Shown here piece after piece: positions 37,817 to 50,082 of a stretch of 64,000 bases of DNA; the stretch's first letter is position 1, and each line of letters starts with the position of its first letter. The notes beneath the pieces were generated by a model. It made no database searches and had not been told where the DNA came from. It saw nothing but the letters and a program-made list of their open reading frames with translations. Source of the stretch: Vicugna vicugna (Eukaryota); the NCBI GenBank assembly GCA_013265495.1, contig MU057632.1, positions 542,054-606,053 on the forward strand, in the 5' to 3' direction. The position numbers were made by a program, and so were the translations under genes.

Positions 37817-39829
37817 TATAATGCTATGCTTTTGAAATGTTGTTGAAAGCATTATGTTGTAAGCTAGTTTGGAATATTTCTTCATGGCTGAATTTTAGAC
37901 ACCATGGAAATACTTAGAATTTATTGTGCTATTTAAATTTTCCAAAGTCAGTCTTTGTTTCCAAGAAGAAAAACTAGACTGATAAACATGTAATTTCCCT
38001 TAATAAATGAGAAAGAAATCACAGGTCGAGGAATTGCAAGTGAGGATATTTTCTCTGAAGTGGGTATCAATTTCCAGTTTAAAGGTTTCAACAACTAGAA
38101 TATTTTAAAAAACAAAGTGAAGTTAGTTTTTAAACTCCGTCTTTTAGCAGCTCCACCTATGGAATGGAGTTAAATGGAAATTAAAAATTTTATCTCTTTT
38201 TGCCATAAGGCTTGGTTAGGTCTTTCTAAATATAGTAAAATTTATGGTAGTTTTCAGAAATTTTGTTTCCATTAAAATTTTTCCCCCAAAAATCATCTAC
38301 TTGAAAGTCAGTCATCTGCAGGATGATGCATGATACATTTTGCCCCACCTGTGTTACATAATAGTAGGATGTATTTTGGAAAAAAATCAAAATGAGTTTT
38401 TATTTTAATTTGGAATAGGATTTTTGTATGAAAGTTGTAGTTGGATAAAATGGAGAAATCACTGGCTCCCCTAACTTCTTTTTCAGCTGTTTACTTGTTC
38501 TGTTAGGATGACAGTAATGTTTTTGTACTGGTAAGAAGCTGCATTTGAGAGTAGAGTGATCTTTTCCTTTTAAACCTGAAGAGACGACATACACCTTTCT
38601 TGAATTAGTTGTTTGATTTGCTTAATTGGATTTTATTTTCTCAACATGCCCCCCATCCCATTTATGTAAACAAAGTGTTTATTAGATTAAGCGGCCAGAT
38701 CACCAGTAATTTATTAAAAACAAGTTTACAAAAGAGAATTAAAGTTTGTTACATTTTTACAAACCCAGCAAGTGTGACTTAATACTCGAATTGTTCTCAC
38801 TAAAGGCACTGACCTCACATGACTGTGGTTATCATGATTTATGCAGTTTTCATCTTTCTGATATTCTCGGAATATAAGCTGAATTTTGTATTAACTTTAT
38901 CTGTGTCTTGAGAATTGTAGAAGAGGAACAAAAACCACATTATCATGATTGGTGAAGTCTTGAGTAGTTAATGAACTTTAAAGACAAAAGATAACATTCT
39001 CTTATCTTTTAGGAGAAAGAAGAAAGAACACAAAGGATGAAAAGGCCATTTACTGGTTTTTTACACTCTGCTGCGCATCGTCTGTGAACAGCAAAATGCG
39101 AGGAACGGATGTGAGTCCTAAAACAGCACCCGAAAGCTGCTGCTTCAAAATAGGACACTCCCGGGGGCGGGGGGCAAACGCTCGGTCAGTCTCACTGCGG
39201 CATTCACCACCGAAAGTCGAACGGAACGTCTGACTGTGCTTTTCCATCCCCAGTGGCTCTTCAAATGACATCGCTGGCCAGCATGACTCTCAGTCTTTGT
39301 TTTCCCAAAGCGCGTATTTAGAAGCTGTTTTTCACTCTTGAGTTCAACATAGACAAGCAAGCCACGGTCTTTGCCCGCAAGAATCTTCCGTGCTATCAAG
39401 GGAGAGAGCTTCAGAGACGACTAACCAAAGACAGTGGAGCAAATAGTGTGCTTTGTATGGGGATACTGGGGAGGAAGCTAGCAATTCTTCTGAAAGAGGC
39501 AGAAAAACGTTTACAGACGAGGGGAAATCAGAGTTCGCCCTTGACCACTGAATTTATTCCACAGAAAATACATCGGAAGGAAACGGGAAACAATTAAGGC
39601 ACACAAATCTGAGAATTTATAAGACTGTGTAATTGGTTATTAGAAGTAACCTTTAATATGGTTATTAGAAAATTAAGGAAGATGCTTGGCACTTGGATAA
39701 AGGGAGCTACAACTTAGGATGTTAAAATAGAAAGACCCATTTCTTCTCTCCTAACTCTACTACTTTCTGATAAGTACAAAAATCAACAAAGAACAGACAG
39801 AAGCTGGCAGCCTAGCTGCCCTTTGAGTA

Positions 39830-40045
39830 TTTATTATGTGTAAACACAGCGCTAATTCCTTTGCACGTGATTATCAATTAATTCTGTCAACAGCTCTTAC
39901 TGTTAGGTATTCTTATTTCCATTTTATAGCCGGAAAAACCAAGATTGGAAAAGTTAATTAAGCTTCCTGAGGGCACTTGGTTAGTCCGTGCTATAAAAGG
40001 GATTCATATCCACGCTGGCTGATTCCAAAGTTCGTTCCTCCCACT
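39830..40045 (-). mobile_element. MIR SINE
   Basis: taggtattcttatttccattttatagccggaaaaaccaagatt...aagttaattaagctt resembles the antisense MIR core. Confidence 0.65.
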
Positions 40046-40204
40046 GCGTTGCAAGATCTCCATCGCACAAGAGATGTGCTGAAAAGAACAGCAAGCAGCC
40101 AGACCCACCTGGGTCGTACCTTCCAGCAGGAGGCGCTCAGGGTGGGGACTCAGCAGGGAAGGGATCTACAGAGACTGAGTTCACAGCGCTTACCTGGCTG
40201 GTAT

Positions 40205-40380
40205 CTTTCTTTTTTTTTTTTAAAAAAGTGTATTTTTCATTTTAAATTTTAATTATTTTATTTATTTGGGGGGAGGGTAACGAGGTTTATTTATTTGTTT
40301 GTTTTAATGGAGGTACTGGGGATTGAACTCAGGACCTCGTGCGTGCTAGGCACACACTCTACCAGAGGTATCCCCTCCCC
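40205..40380 (-). mobile_element. Vic-1-type SINE (long form)
   Basis: aatggaggtactggggattgaactcaggacctcgtgcgtgctagg...; ctggctgg on both flanks. Confidence 0.9.
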
Positions 40381-42639
40381 TTTACTGGCTGGCATTTTTC
40401 AAATTGCTGGCACCGTCAAATACCTCTCTTCCCTCAGTGAAAACTATGACGTTAGCAACCCCTGAAATTCAGTTTCACAGTCCAGGAGCAGGTCACTCCT
40501 TTTGGTTAGAACCGTAGGCTAGTCTTCTGACATCCCATTTTCTTGGCAGGTGACTACAAAGTCCTAACCTAAATGAGTAGAAACCGATACTCCTGGTCTC
40601 CACCCTGAGGGTCCCACTAATTAAGTTATTTTCTCCAGCTTTTAATTTTTGGAGTCTATAGCAAACTAGGAATCCTCCACTGTCAATAATTGCAGATTGC
40701 GCTGCTGGGGAGATGTGAGATGGTGGTCGATGGTGGCTGAGTACACCTACTAGATAACAAAGAAGTTGTGCTGGCAGCCAAAGGCATTTCTGTCTTGATC
40801 TGCATTTCTGTGGTCCACAACTGCAGGCAAAAAAGTGTCTGGCTGACTCCCTGGTGGTCGGTGCCAATGCCTGTGGGTCACGGGAGGCCAGGTGGGCATC
40901 TGACTCCCGGATTGGCCAAAGCTTCTCTATGATAGGTGATTTCCTGGTCCTTCCTGAAACTATTACTCAGAAATACATCAGTCATCACATTTCTCATGAG
41001 GCTTTTTATTTTACAGAGTAGACTGTGTTTCCATGTTGGAAGGAAAGTGAAATCCCTCATTAATTCACCTATTTCATACCTAATTGAATATCAAGAAGAA
41101 CATCCCTAAAGGTTATTCAGGAAAACTACTTGACTTTGTCTCCCTATTAATTATCTAAAAAAAATTAGTATTGAAAAAGGCAATAGATTCCAAACTCTTG
41201 ATTCAAATTTTCCTATGAACATTAGACTCTCAACTATCTTGTCTAAAGTTTTCAGTTTCGAGCGATGTTTGAAGCAGGAAATGAAAAATGAAAATATCTT
41301 GGCAATCTCTGGGTTTATAGGCAAGTTTTAGCATGTCTTCCTCAGAGCAGAGAGAAAATGATTTTTTTAACATTAAACTCATGAAGCAAAATGGGAGAGT
41401 CCACTGGATGCTTCTGGGTCTAGTACGCACATTATGCATATCAACTTGTAGGCAAAAGGAAATTATGAAATTGAAATTGATTTAAAGATTTAACACAGGG
41501 GAGATTATTTTAATATGACAAGGCTAATATATTCAGGATTGGAACGACCACATTTGCAAAACTCCTAATTAGATTGTTGTCTTTATAGCACTTGCTCCTT
41601 ATTATAAATGAAATGGAGCATCTGCCCAGATAATTATCACTTAACATGGAGCAAACACCTCTGGGCTCATAACTCACATAAATTTGGACTTTGATTATTG
41701 AATCGGGTGCTTAATGTTTGTAAGTTTAAGTTATTACTCATTCGTAGCCCTAGTAAGATAAAGGATGGGATGTTATAATATTCTTCTAATCTATTAGAGA
41801 TAAAAATTTAATATGGACACTGTACTCATAGCCATTATAAATCACAAAGAAGTTTCATTAAAGACAATATTATTATGTTTATCTGTTATCTGTTATCACT
41901 GTTATTGCCGGTGTCATGACTGTCAAGAGTAATGCTATACAATTTAAAAATAACCAATAATAAAGTGATTTCTTTCAAATAAGATTACCTTCCAGGGTAA
42001 AATGAACAAACATTATTTTTTCAACAAGTGAGATATGTAACTAACAATTTGTCTTTATTAAGGCAGTATGCTTTAAAAAATGTGATCTCAGAAATGAGAA
42101 AAAAACAGAAAAACACATCAACTATCTATAATGAAGTAAATGGGGAACAAATTATATTCTTGACTTAAATAATTGAGGTTAACAAAAAAGGATGAAAACT
42201 TGAATATATTTGTTCTAGGTAGCAGTACAAAGAGTCAGAGTAAAGGAATTTGAGAAACAGCACATCAGCCATGAGTCTGAGCGGCGTCTCCATTGGCTAG
42301 GGTGCTGGTGGAATAATTATGTAGAAGGACCTGGAAATAGGCAAACACCCAGCAGGATACGCTTCTCCTGATTTTGGTGCCCTTAGCATTCTAAGGCATT
42401 CTAAATCTAAAACGTTACTCTTGGTAAGCTTCATTATCAGCAGCACAACGCCGTCTGAATCTAAGGTACACGATGCCCTTCTGTTCGAAGGGCATGATGG
42501 GGTTCCCTGCACTAGGGACCTGAGGTGTGAGCAAGCACCCAGCCCCTTCACAGTGCAGAGAGCTGGCCCTGCATAACACGAGGGACCCTGGGCTCCTGGA
42601 CTGTGACCCCCACAAAGTCCAGCATCCTCGGTCTGCAGT

Positions 42640-43100
42640 GAAGCAAGTGGAGACATCAGGAAAGCGTGCTTGTCTGTATGGAACTGAGACCCAGGAGAGA
42701 GACTAGGCTGGAGGCAGGAATGAAGAGTCTGTTTTTCTTAGGGGGTGGTTGATAATATGGAAGAAGGGGAGAAAACTTTGCAGAAATGCTAAGGTGTTGA
42801 ATGAGAGGGTAAAGATGGAACCCTGGGAAACACCGAAGTTAGAGAGATGAGTCACGGGAGACAATCCGTTGGGAGCTCCAGGACAGTTAAAGAGTATGCT
42901 TTACAAATTGGGGAGACTTCTGGTTTCAAGTGGGATGCGCTAATCACAATGTCAATGATGCAGGGAGATGGAGTATCAAAGGGACTGTGGATTTGTCAGG
43001 TGGAAGTTAACGTATGACCTTTGGTGAGTGCAGAATGAGTGGACAGTGAGTGTGGGAGCCAGGGTTTTACCCGCTGAGGTGAGTGAGAGGTGAGGACATG
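42640..43100 (-). mobile_element. L2 LINE fragment
   Basis: agtggagacatcagg...ggaactgagacccaggagagagactaggctggag...gaaccctgggaaacacc. Confidence 0.6.
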
Positions 43101-43249
43101 GGGCAAAGCCAGCTTTGTCTCTGCTGACATTGATTTACGCTCTTATTTCTACCACAGAAATGATAGAGGGAGAAACTGAATAGTTTTCTGCCAGAGTTCA
43201 CAGCATTGTGGTCACCTTGAGGAGGATTTCCTTAAAACTGTTTTTATAC

Positions 43250-43372
43250 TAATGTCGAGGCCTCACTCCAAACCAATTAAACCTGAATCTCTGGGGGTGG
43301 GACCCAGATAGTGACATTCTAAACAGCACTCCAGGTGATTTTAATGTCCAGCTGAAACTGAGGACCACTGGA
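43250..43372. mobile_element. MER5-like hAT-Charlie DNA transposon fragment
   Basis: gaatctctgggggtgggacccag...ctccaggtgattttaatg...tgaggaccactg. Confidence 0.75.
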
Positions 43373-43384
43373 TTAATGAATAAG

Positions 43385-43540
43385 AATAGGGTTCTAGAAT
43401 CAGCGTGAGTTTCGACGTCAGCCTCACCATCTGTGGCTGCTTCTCTGAGAGACGGGGGAATAAAGACAGTAACCTTCCGCACTGGATTGTAAGACGGACT
43501 CAGGGATGTAAGGTGCGCAGAACACTTGGCACGGCACTGT
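43385..43540 (+). mobile_element. MIR SINE fragment
   Basis: ggggaataaagacagtaacctt...ggattgtaagacggactca...gtaaggtgcgcagaacacttggcac. Confidence 0.55.
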
Positions 43541-43914
43541 TACTGCTTCTTGTTGTTGTTACTTCTATATCATTAAAACAGATGGCTGAACGCCCTGCTT
43601 CCTCCAGCTGTCTTTCTCCATGACGAGTATATATATCTCATGTGGGACAGCCAGAATGTGAAGGCCTTCTCTGAGCACAAGAAAAACTATGGTGGGAGGC
43701 ATCCCATCTTCCACCTGTCTCTCAAGTTCATGCTGGTGCGGCTGGAGCTGGCCAGCGAGCTGGGTGTCAGGGTGTCTGTCCCTGGAAGCCGGATCAGGCC
43801 TGGGCTCCTTCTGTGACCTGTGGTGGGCCCTGCTGCAGAGATGTGTGCATTTCTAAGGGGTGGAGTGACTGACCAATGTGCCAAATATGGGCTCTGCTCT
43901 TTACCAAAAAAAAA

Positions 43915-44260
43915 AATATATATGTATACATACATATATATATTCATATACACATATATATATTCATATACACATATATATCTATATCTATGTAACTATG
44001 TATGTATGTATGTATCTGTCCATGTATGTATCTGTGTATTTGTCTGTCTATGTATCTACTTGTTTATGTATGTATGTATGTATCTATGTGTCTATGTAAC
44101 TATCTATGTATTTGTCTATGTATGTATGTATGTATCTGTCTGTGTAACTGTGTATCTATGTATTTGTCTATCTGTGTATCTGTGTGTCTATGTATTTATG
44201 TGTGTATGTGTGTATCTATCTATCTATGTAACTATCTACGTGTCTACGTATCTATCTACG
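43915..44260. repeat. Compound microsatellite (TA)n/(TATG)n/(TATC)n/(TGTC)n, about 345 bp
   Basis: Seen directly; it explains the low-complexity ORFs at 43820-44316. Confidence 0.95.
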
Positions 44261-44748
44261 TGGAGAAGAAGAGAGGAAACACACCCCTTGGTGATCATAT
44301 CCTAATAAAGAGATGAGAAGATGCAGCCTCTGCCGTCTTTCCACCACTTACTTACACCCTGCATCACTTACTCCAATACTCTGCTCCTGCTTACCCTTTG
44401 AAATTGGCTCCTGCCCCTGTATTAGCCATGGCAACAGTTTTTGTGCTTTATTCTTATTGTTGTTGGAGTTTTACATATGCATCTTGGGTCTTTTCTTTCT
44501 AACATTGATCATTAGAAATGTGTGATTCTCTTGGAGAACTTTATAGGATCTCAAGCCACTGTTCATTTTCTGCTGCATTCAAATCATCTGTGGTCATGCC
44601 TTAGGCACTAGTTGACTATAAAGACTATATTCTTTGCTATCTCAAGGAGCTGACAGGCTTTGGGGATGTTTATTGGATGACCACGATACCTAATAGCCCC
44701 TGGTTCCTTTCCTGGCTTCCTACTCTTGGGTCTCTTGTTGGTTGCCAC

Positions 44749-45297
44749 TGTTAAAGCAAAACTGATACTGAAGGGAGTTAAACACGCCAGGGAAATTTTA
44801 TCTGAGGCTATTGCAATTGGGAGAGAGACCTCAGTCTGAATTAATTTCTACTGAAACAAAAGGCAGGAGTGTTTTTAAGTGCTGGGGTGACCTAGTGGAA
44901 AAGTACTGGAGGAATGTCAGGGGAGAAGAGACTGAGGAATGGGATGTGCTGTGATACTGAGTTATTCCTGAGTTTGTAAATGTTCTCCTCTGTGATTATA
45001 CCATCTGTGTTTGCTAATTGGTTTCCTTTCTGAGTCAGTCTCCTTCCCTCCCACAGAGACTGGGAGATCAATCAGGGTTCTTTCCCAATGATGACTCCCA
45101 TGTCCTTGAGAGAGGCATTCTGAAGTGGTAAAGTTGTCAACATTTGGGATAAGATTTACATCTCAAAGGGGTAGAGAAAGAATTTATTACAAGTTTTCTA
45201 AAGTAAAGCTCTAGGAAAAGGGAGTGTGGGGTCTAGAGTCAGGGAGAAGGCTGTCTAAAGTTTCAAGCCAAGGGGAAAGCTAAGGTTGTCTAGGTCA
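44749..45297 (-). mobile_element. ERV1-class solo LTR (MER4 group, MER89/MER90-like)
   Basis: TG...CA termini, about 550 bp, flanked by CCAC/CCAT (4-bp TSD, one mismatch). Minus strand aaactttagacag...tttactttagaaaacttg...cccctttgagatgtaaatc resembles recalled MER4-group LTRs; subfamily uncertain. Confidence 0.75.
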
Positions 45298-45479
45298 CCA
45301 TATTTGAATTTCTTTTTCTTTTTGTCTCATGTTTTTCTTAAACTCAGCTCCTCTAGACTCTCTTGAATCTGGTTTTCACTCTGCCTTTATGTTATGGTTT
45401 AAGTTAAAATTTTATTGAGCTAGTGCACTTTTAGAAATCTTTAAAAAATTGTATTAACTGGGGAAAATACGTAAATTTA

Positions 45480-45910
45480 TAATCACACACACAGGGTCTT
45501 TAGATTTGGAAGCAAACTTAAAAATTAATCAAATGTAACCTCACATCAAATGTTTGTCTCCTTCACAGTGTTTTGCCTCAGTTTAATTATCTCTAGGGAA
45601 GATACATGTTAGATAATCCTTCCCTTCTTTGGCCATGTCCCTAGCCTTCAAAAACAAAGATGCACACATCGAATTAATTTCTGGCTCACATGAGAGTTTC
45701 TGCAGTAACAGTACACAGCATTGACCTTTGGTCTTCCTTTCCCTGCCATGTCGTCTTGTCTTCGGTTTCAAATATAACCATTTATGAGGTTAACTCAAGG
45801 CAGCTCATTATCCTGCTTGTTTTCTTCAACATCTCTTTTAAGATGTAGCACTCAGAAATGAATGCAAAATTTCCAAAAGTTGACTGACTTGTTCAGAGTA
45901 GGCAACGAAA
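45480..45910 (-). mobile_element. CR1/L3 LINE 3' fragment
   Basis: agatgtagcactcagaaatgaatgcaaaatttcc...tgactgacttgttcagagt resembles antisense L3; very diverged. Confidence 0.5.
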
Positions 45911-46100
45911 GACCACCAGGATGTTGGTTACATCTTCCCTTTCATGAGCTAGTGTTTCCATGTTCACGTAACCTGCTGCACTGATGAAGATTACTTCTGT
46001 TTCATCACCAGAGTCTGAGAAAAGCCTGGTTGGCCACTATCACCAGTGAGTCAGCACTTGCAGGGCGTGGTCATTCATAAAGGTGATATTAATCTGGATT

Positions 46101-46242
46101 TGTGTGTGTGTGTGTGTTTTGTTGTTGTTGGGGGGAGGTAATTAACTTTATTTATTTAATCTTGGAGGAGGTACTGGGGGTCGAACCCAGGACCTCATGC
46201 ATGTTAAGCATGCGCTCTACCACATGAGCTAGACCCTCCCCC
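46101..46242 (-). mobile_element. Vic-1-type SINE (long form)
   Basis: gaggtactgggggtcgaacccaggacctcatgcatgttaagcatgcgctctaccac...; TSD aatctggatt (46091, 46248). Confidence 0.92.
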
Positions 46243-48084
46243 TGCTCAATCTGGATTGAACTCTCTTGCTTATACCTTTAAGCAAGAGAATACCTAATAT
46301 TTAAATATCTTAAGATATTTAAATATTCTGAGAAAGTGCCTCTTCAACCTCTTCAAGTCTTTATTATTTTCTGATTATTCTCCTAAACTTAGCTTTTTAA
46401 AAATCAAAAATTAAAAAAAAATTCTAGCAGATTCTTTATTTCATTTTGTATGTCAACTCCTTTCTGCTATTTATGGCCATTTATTCCCCACTAATACATA
46501 GTTGGAATAGTACTTAAGAAAACATTCCATTTTGAAACTCTTGTGGCGTATCTGAAAAGCTTATAGTTTCTCTGGGAAAAGTTGGTCAGAATTAGTTTTG
46601 GAAAAAACCCAAGATTGTCACTTTTACATTCATGACCAACCAAGCAACAGAAGGGCCTGTGTCCTTTGTGTGACTTCTCTGGCAGAGTGAAGTCGTCCCT
46701 GTTTTCAACTCAGTTAGAAAAATATTTCAAGGCATAAGCCTTCTTTAATCCCCCACATAACTAGTGTTCTAACATGAATTTTCATAACTCTGGGGTGTAT
46801 CTGAATTGGCATTCTATGGATTTATTTGGCAGCATAACAACATTTTTGGATGATTTGTTTATATTTTTATTATGTAAAATTTTATGCTTACAAAGACACG
46901 CACCATAGATAGTACATTGCTAGTAATAAAATGAACACTCATCACTGAGTTTAGGGGTGAGAGCATCGCCAAGACCACAGTGGTTTTCCTTAGTGAATTC
47001 TACTGCCTTCCTTCTGGGAGGTAACTTTCACCTTGAATTTTATGTTTAGGAGCCCTTTCCTTTAAAAATAAATTATTGCCACATATTTAAGTATCCCTAA
47101 ATAATATACTTAGTTATGTTCGTAAAAATTAAAAATATTTTAATTTTCAAAAATGAAGTGAACATCAGAAGTGCTTAGATGCCCGTGAGACCAAAATGGA
47201 GACTTACAGGGCGAACCCTCTAAGCAGACCAACTGATGGCTCGCTTGACAACCTACTCCTGTCTGGATCCACCATGAGGTTAGGAGATGCTTTTGAAAAC
47301 TACACGTGGACCGTGTATCCTCTATTTCCCATTTGCCAGTCGTCTTTACTTTTGCTGTTTGAAAATCTACACCTGGTGTATGCAACAATTTTTACTGATG
47401 TTAACAGAATCTTAGAAAATAAAAATATATTGAATTCACATTTTTATGTAACGATGACTTTGACCATTCTACCTGAAGGAATAGTCAGGTCCATTCACAA
47501 GTAAGGAATAATGAGGCTATTTAATGTATCAAATAATGAAGCTGACTCTAAGTGTAAGCACCAAATTTCAGGTCCCGAGACAGTGGTTAGGTGAGGGTCT
47601 TTCAATCCAAGTCTTGTAAAGTACTGTAGTCCTTTTTAGACAGTCTCTAATCTCTTTGATCACCCATCTGGCTCCTTACGTATTTATCGACTCACTTCTC
47701 TCCTGCTAGAATTTTGCCCTCTCTCGGCATCTGTCTTTCCTTTCTCACTATTGTTTGGCATCTGTCTTCATGTCACATCTGTGTCTACACATCTCTCACT
47801 CCTGCTATGTCCAGGATGCAGAATGGATTTAAATTCTGGGTGCTAGGAGTCCAGATTGAAACCTTCTGAAGAAACTCTGGCCAGATCAAAAGTAAGTTGT
47901 GTGATCACGAGGAGAGAGATGCTAAAGCATCAAGGACAGAGTGACCGAGTGACAGATACCCAGGCAGACAAGCAGGAAGTGAGATGTGGAAATGGGTGGA
48001 GGTCAATTTTTAGTACAAGATGAAAAATAGAAAGAAAATAATTTTCAAAGTTGGAGGAAATATAGATGAATCATTTTTGAAAAA

Positions 48085-48385
48085 CAGATTTTTATTGTAT
48101 TTTTTTATTTTAATGTAATAAGCACCTTTATTGTGGTGTGGTTCCTGTACAATAAACTACGTCTGTTTACACATACAATTTGATGAGTTTTGATAGATAA
48201 ATACACCAATGAAATCACCACCACAATCAAGATAGCTAATATTTCCAGCTCTCCCCAAGAAGTGCAATTTTTGAATTCTCAGTTTATCCCTTCCCACCCC
48301 CTTTACCCCCTGGCAACCAGAAGTTTGTTCTCTATGTCTGTGAGCCTGTTACTGTTTTGTAGGTAAGTTCATTTGTGTCCATTTG
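48085..48385 (-). mobile_element. Old L1M 3' fragment (to about 48260) plus a younger L1 3'UTR fragment (about 48270-48382)
   Basis: atacaatttgatgagttttgata...ccaccacaatcaagata; ccctggcaaccagaagtttgttctctatgtctgtgag. Confidence 0.7.
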
Positions 48386-49719
48386 AAAAGCAGATTTTTA
48401 ATTGATTGATTTGTTTGCAATCTTCATGGAAGACCCCTTGTTTCTGGACAACTGAAACTTCAGTTTAGTTTTCTTATTTTTATCCCGGATTGTTTGCTGG
48501 GGCTTGTTCATAAATGAGGCAACCAGATTGTTTCAATAGAGCTTCCATCCAGCTTGTAGTAGAATTAATTGGTGATTTTGTTCGTACTATCTTCTTATCT
48601 ATGTATTCAGGGCAACCCTTTGAGTAGACACTAAATTCCTGTTTGACAGGATAAGACTCTGGCACCAGGTACTTAATCAAAATTAATCTCTTGGATATTA
48701 AATGAACATCCAGGGAAAGGTGACTGCTGACCAGCTAGGGAAAAGGGAGGGGATGGGAGGCAAGGGTGCTGTTTCTGTATCACAAATCTGGCTCCAAGCT
48801 CACCGTCTGCAGCCATAACTCCCATCGTCTCCCACTGAACTGAATTCCATGTGGTTTTTCTCTCTCAGCTATGAGTCTTTTCAGGCATAAAACACATCAG
48901 CCAAAAAGTAACGTGGAGCCGGGACAGCTCTGATCCCAGGGTGAAGCTTCCAAGACACTGACTTTGTTGGGAATCTGAGGAGAACCGGGACTCCCAGCAA
49001 AACATACAGTTTACAGTTCTATGAAGAAGAGACGTTTCCAAGCGTGGCTATGACTGCTGTGTACTGTGTCTAGCCAGGGAAACTTCTAGTTAGCGGAGAC
49101 TGAGGGTGGCTGCCCTGTGTCTGGGGTCCTGGCAGTTTCCCCTGATGCAGAGCTGTGAATCTTTGGAATCTGCGGCAAAGTGATGGCCAGAGGAAGTTCC
49201 CGAAGCTGGTGTTTCTCTAATGTTAGTGTGCTGACAGCTCACCTGGGGATCTTGGTAGAATGCAAATCTCACAGGTACCAATACACTAAATCCTGCCTTT
49301 CCAGCTGGCTCCTAGAGTCTGCTGCTCTGCTATTTTGAGGGATGGCCTGTGAATCAAACTGCCCTAAGCAGTCCCTGTACTTATGATTAATTCCATCAGG
49401 AAACTGGAGTGCCTTCTAGGAATATCCACAACCAAAGAGTGGGCCTTTGGAGGGCTGCCCACAGACCAGGGAGGGAGCTCCAGTACATCTTTCCAGCCAG
49501 TGAGATGAGCAGAATTAACTCTGGAAGTCAGTGTGGTGGGAAATGACAGAGCAGAGCATCTTTCCAGCCAGGAACCAGGACCCTGAGTGAGTAGAGAAGC
49601 CATGTTGGTGACCCCGAATGGGAAACCTCACTCACAGAACCTCGATGGAACCAGTGCCAATTTATAGGAGCCCCACTGGCCAGCCTGCCACGGTGAGTCA
49701 CCAAATACTCACGTGGACA

Positions 49720-50082
49720 TGCAGAAAACCCTTCAGTGTAGAGAGGTGGCTGAGACCTGGGCTTCCCATGGGGCAGGCTGGGGTGAAGACCTGCACTGTC
49801 ACTTCTTTGCTGTGTTCCCTAGAAAGTTTCTTAACCCTTAGGAGCCTTGTTACTTTCCGTACATGAATAGAGATACTAACCATGCCTCCTTCCCAGGGTT
49901 CTGGTGAGATATATAAAAAGACTGTGCCTGACACTTAAAAATATGAAAAGGAATATATGTATGTATATGTATGGCTGAAACAATATGCTGCACAACAGAA
50001 ATTGACACATTGTAATTGACTATACTTCAATAAAAAATAAACATTTTAAACTAAAAAGAAAAGTGCTCAATAAATATTAGTT
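49720..50082. mobile_element. MIR fragment interrupted by a short plus-strand L1 tail (about 49937-50060)
   Basis: MIR-like tgtgcctgacac...aagtgctcaataaatattag split by aatatgaaaaggaatatatgtatg...gactatacttcaataaaa. Confidence 0.7.

Noticed and set aside
43820..44316. ORFs of 161, 73 and 104 aa rich in Tyr/Val/Cys/Met
   Set aside because: They are translations of the compound microsatellite.
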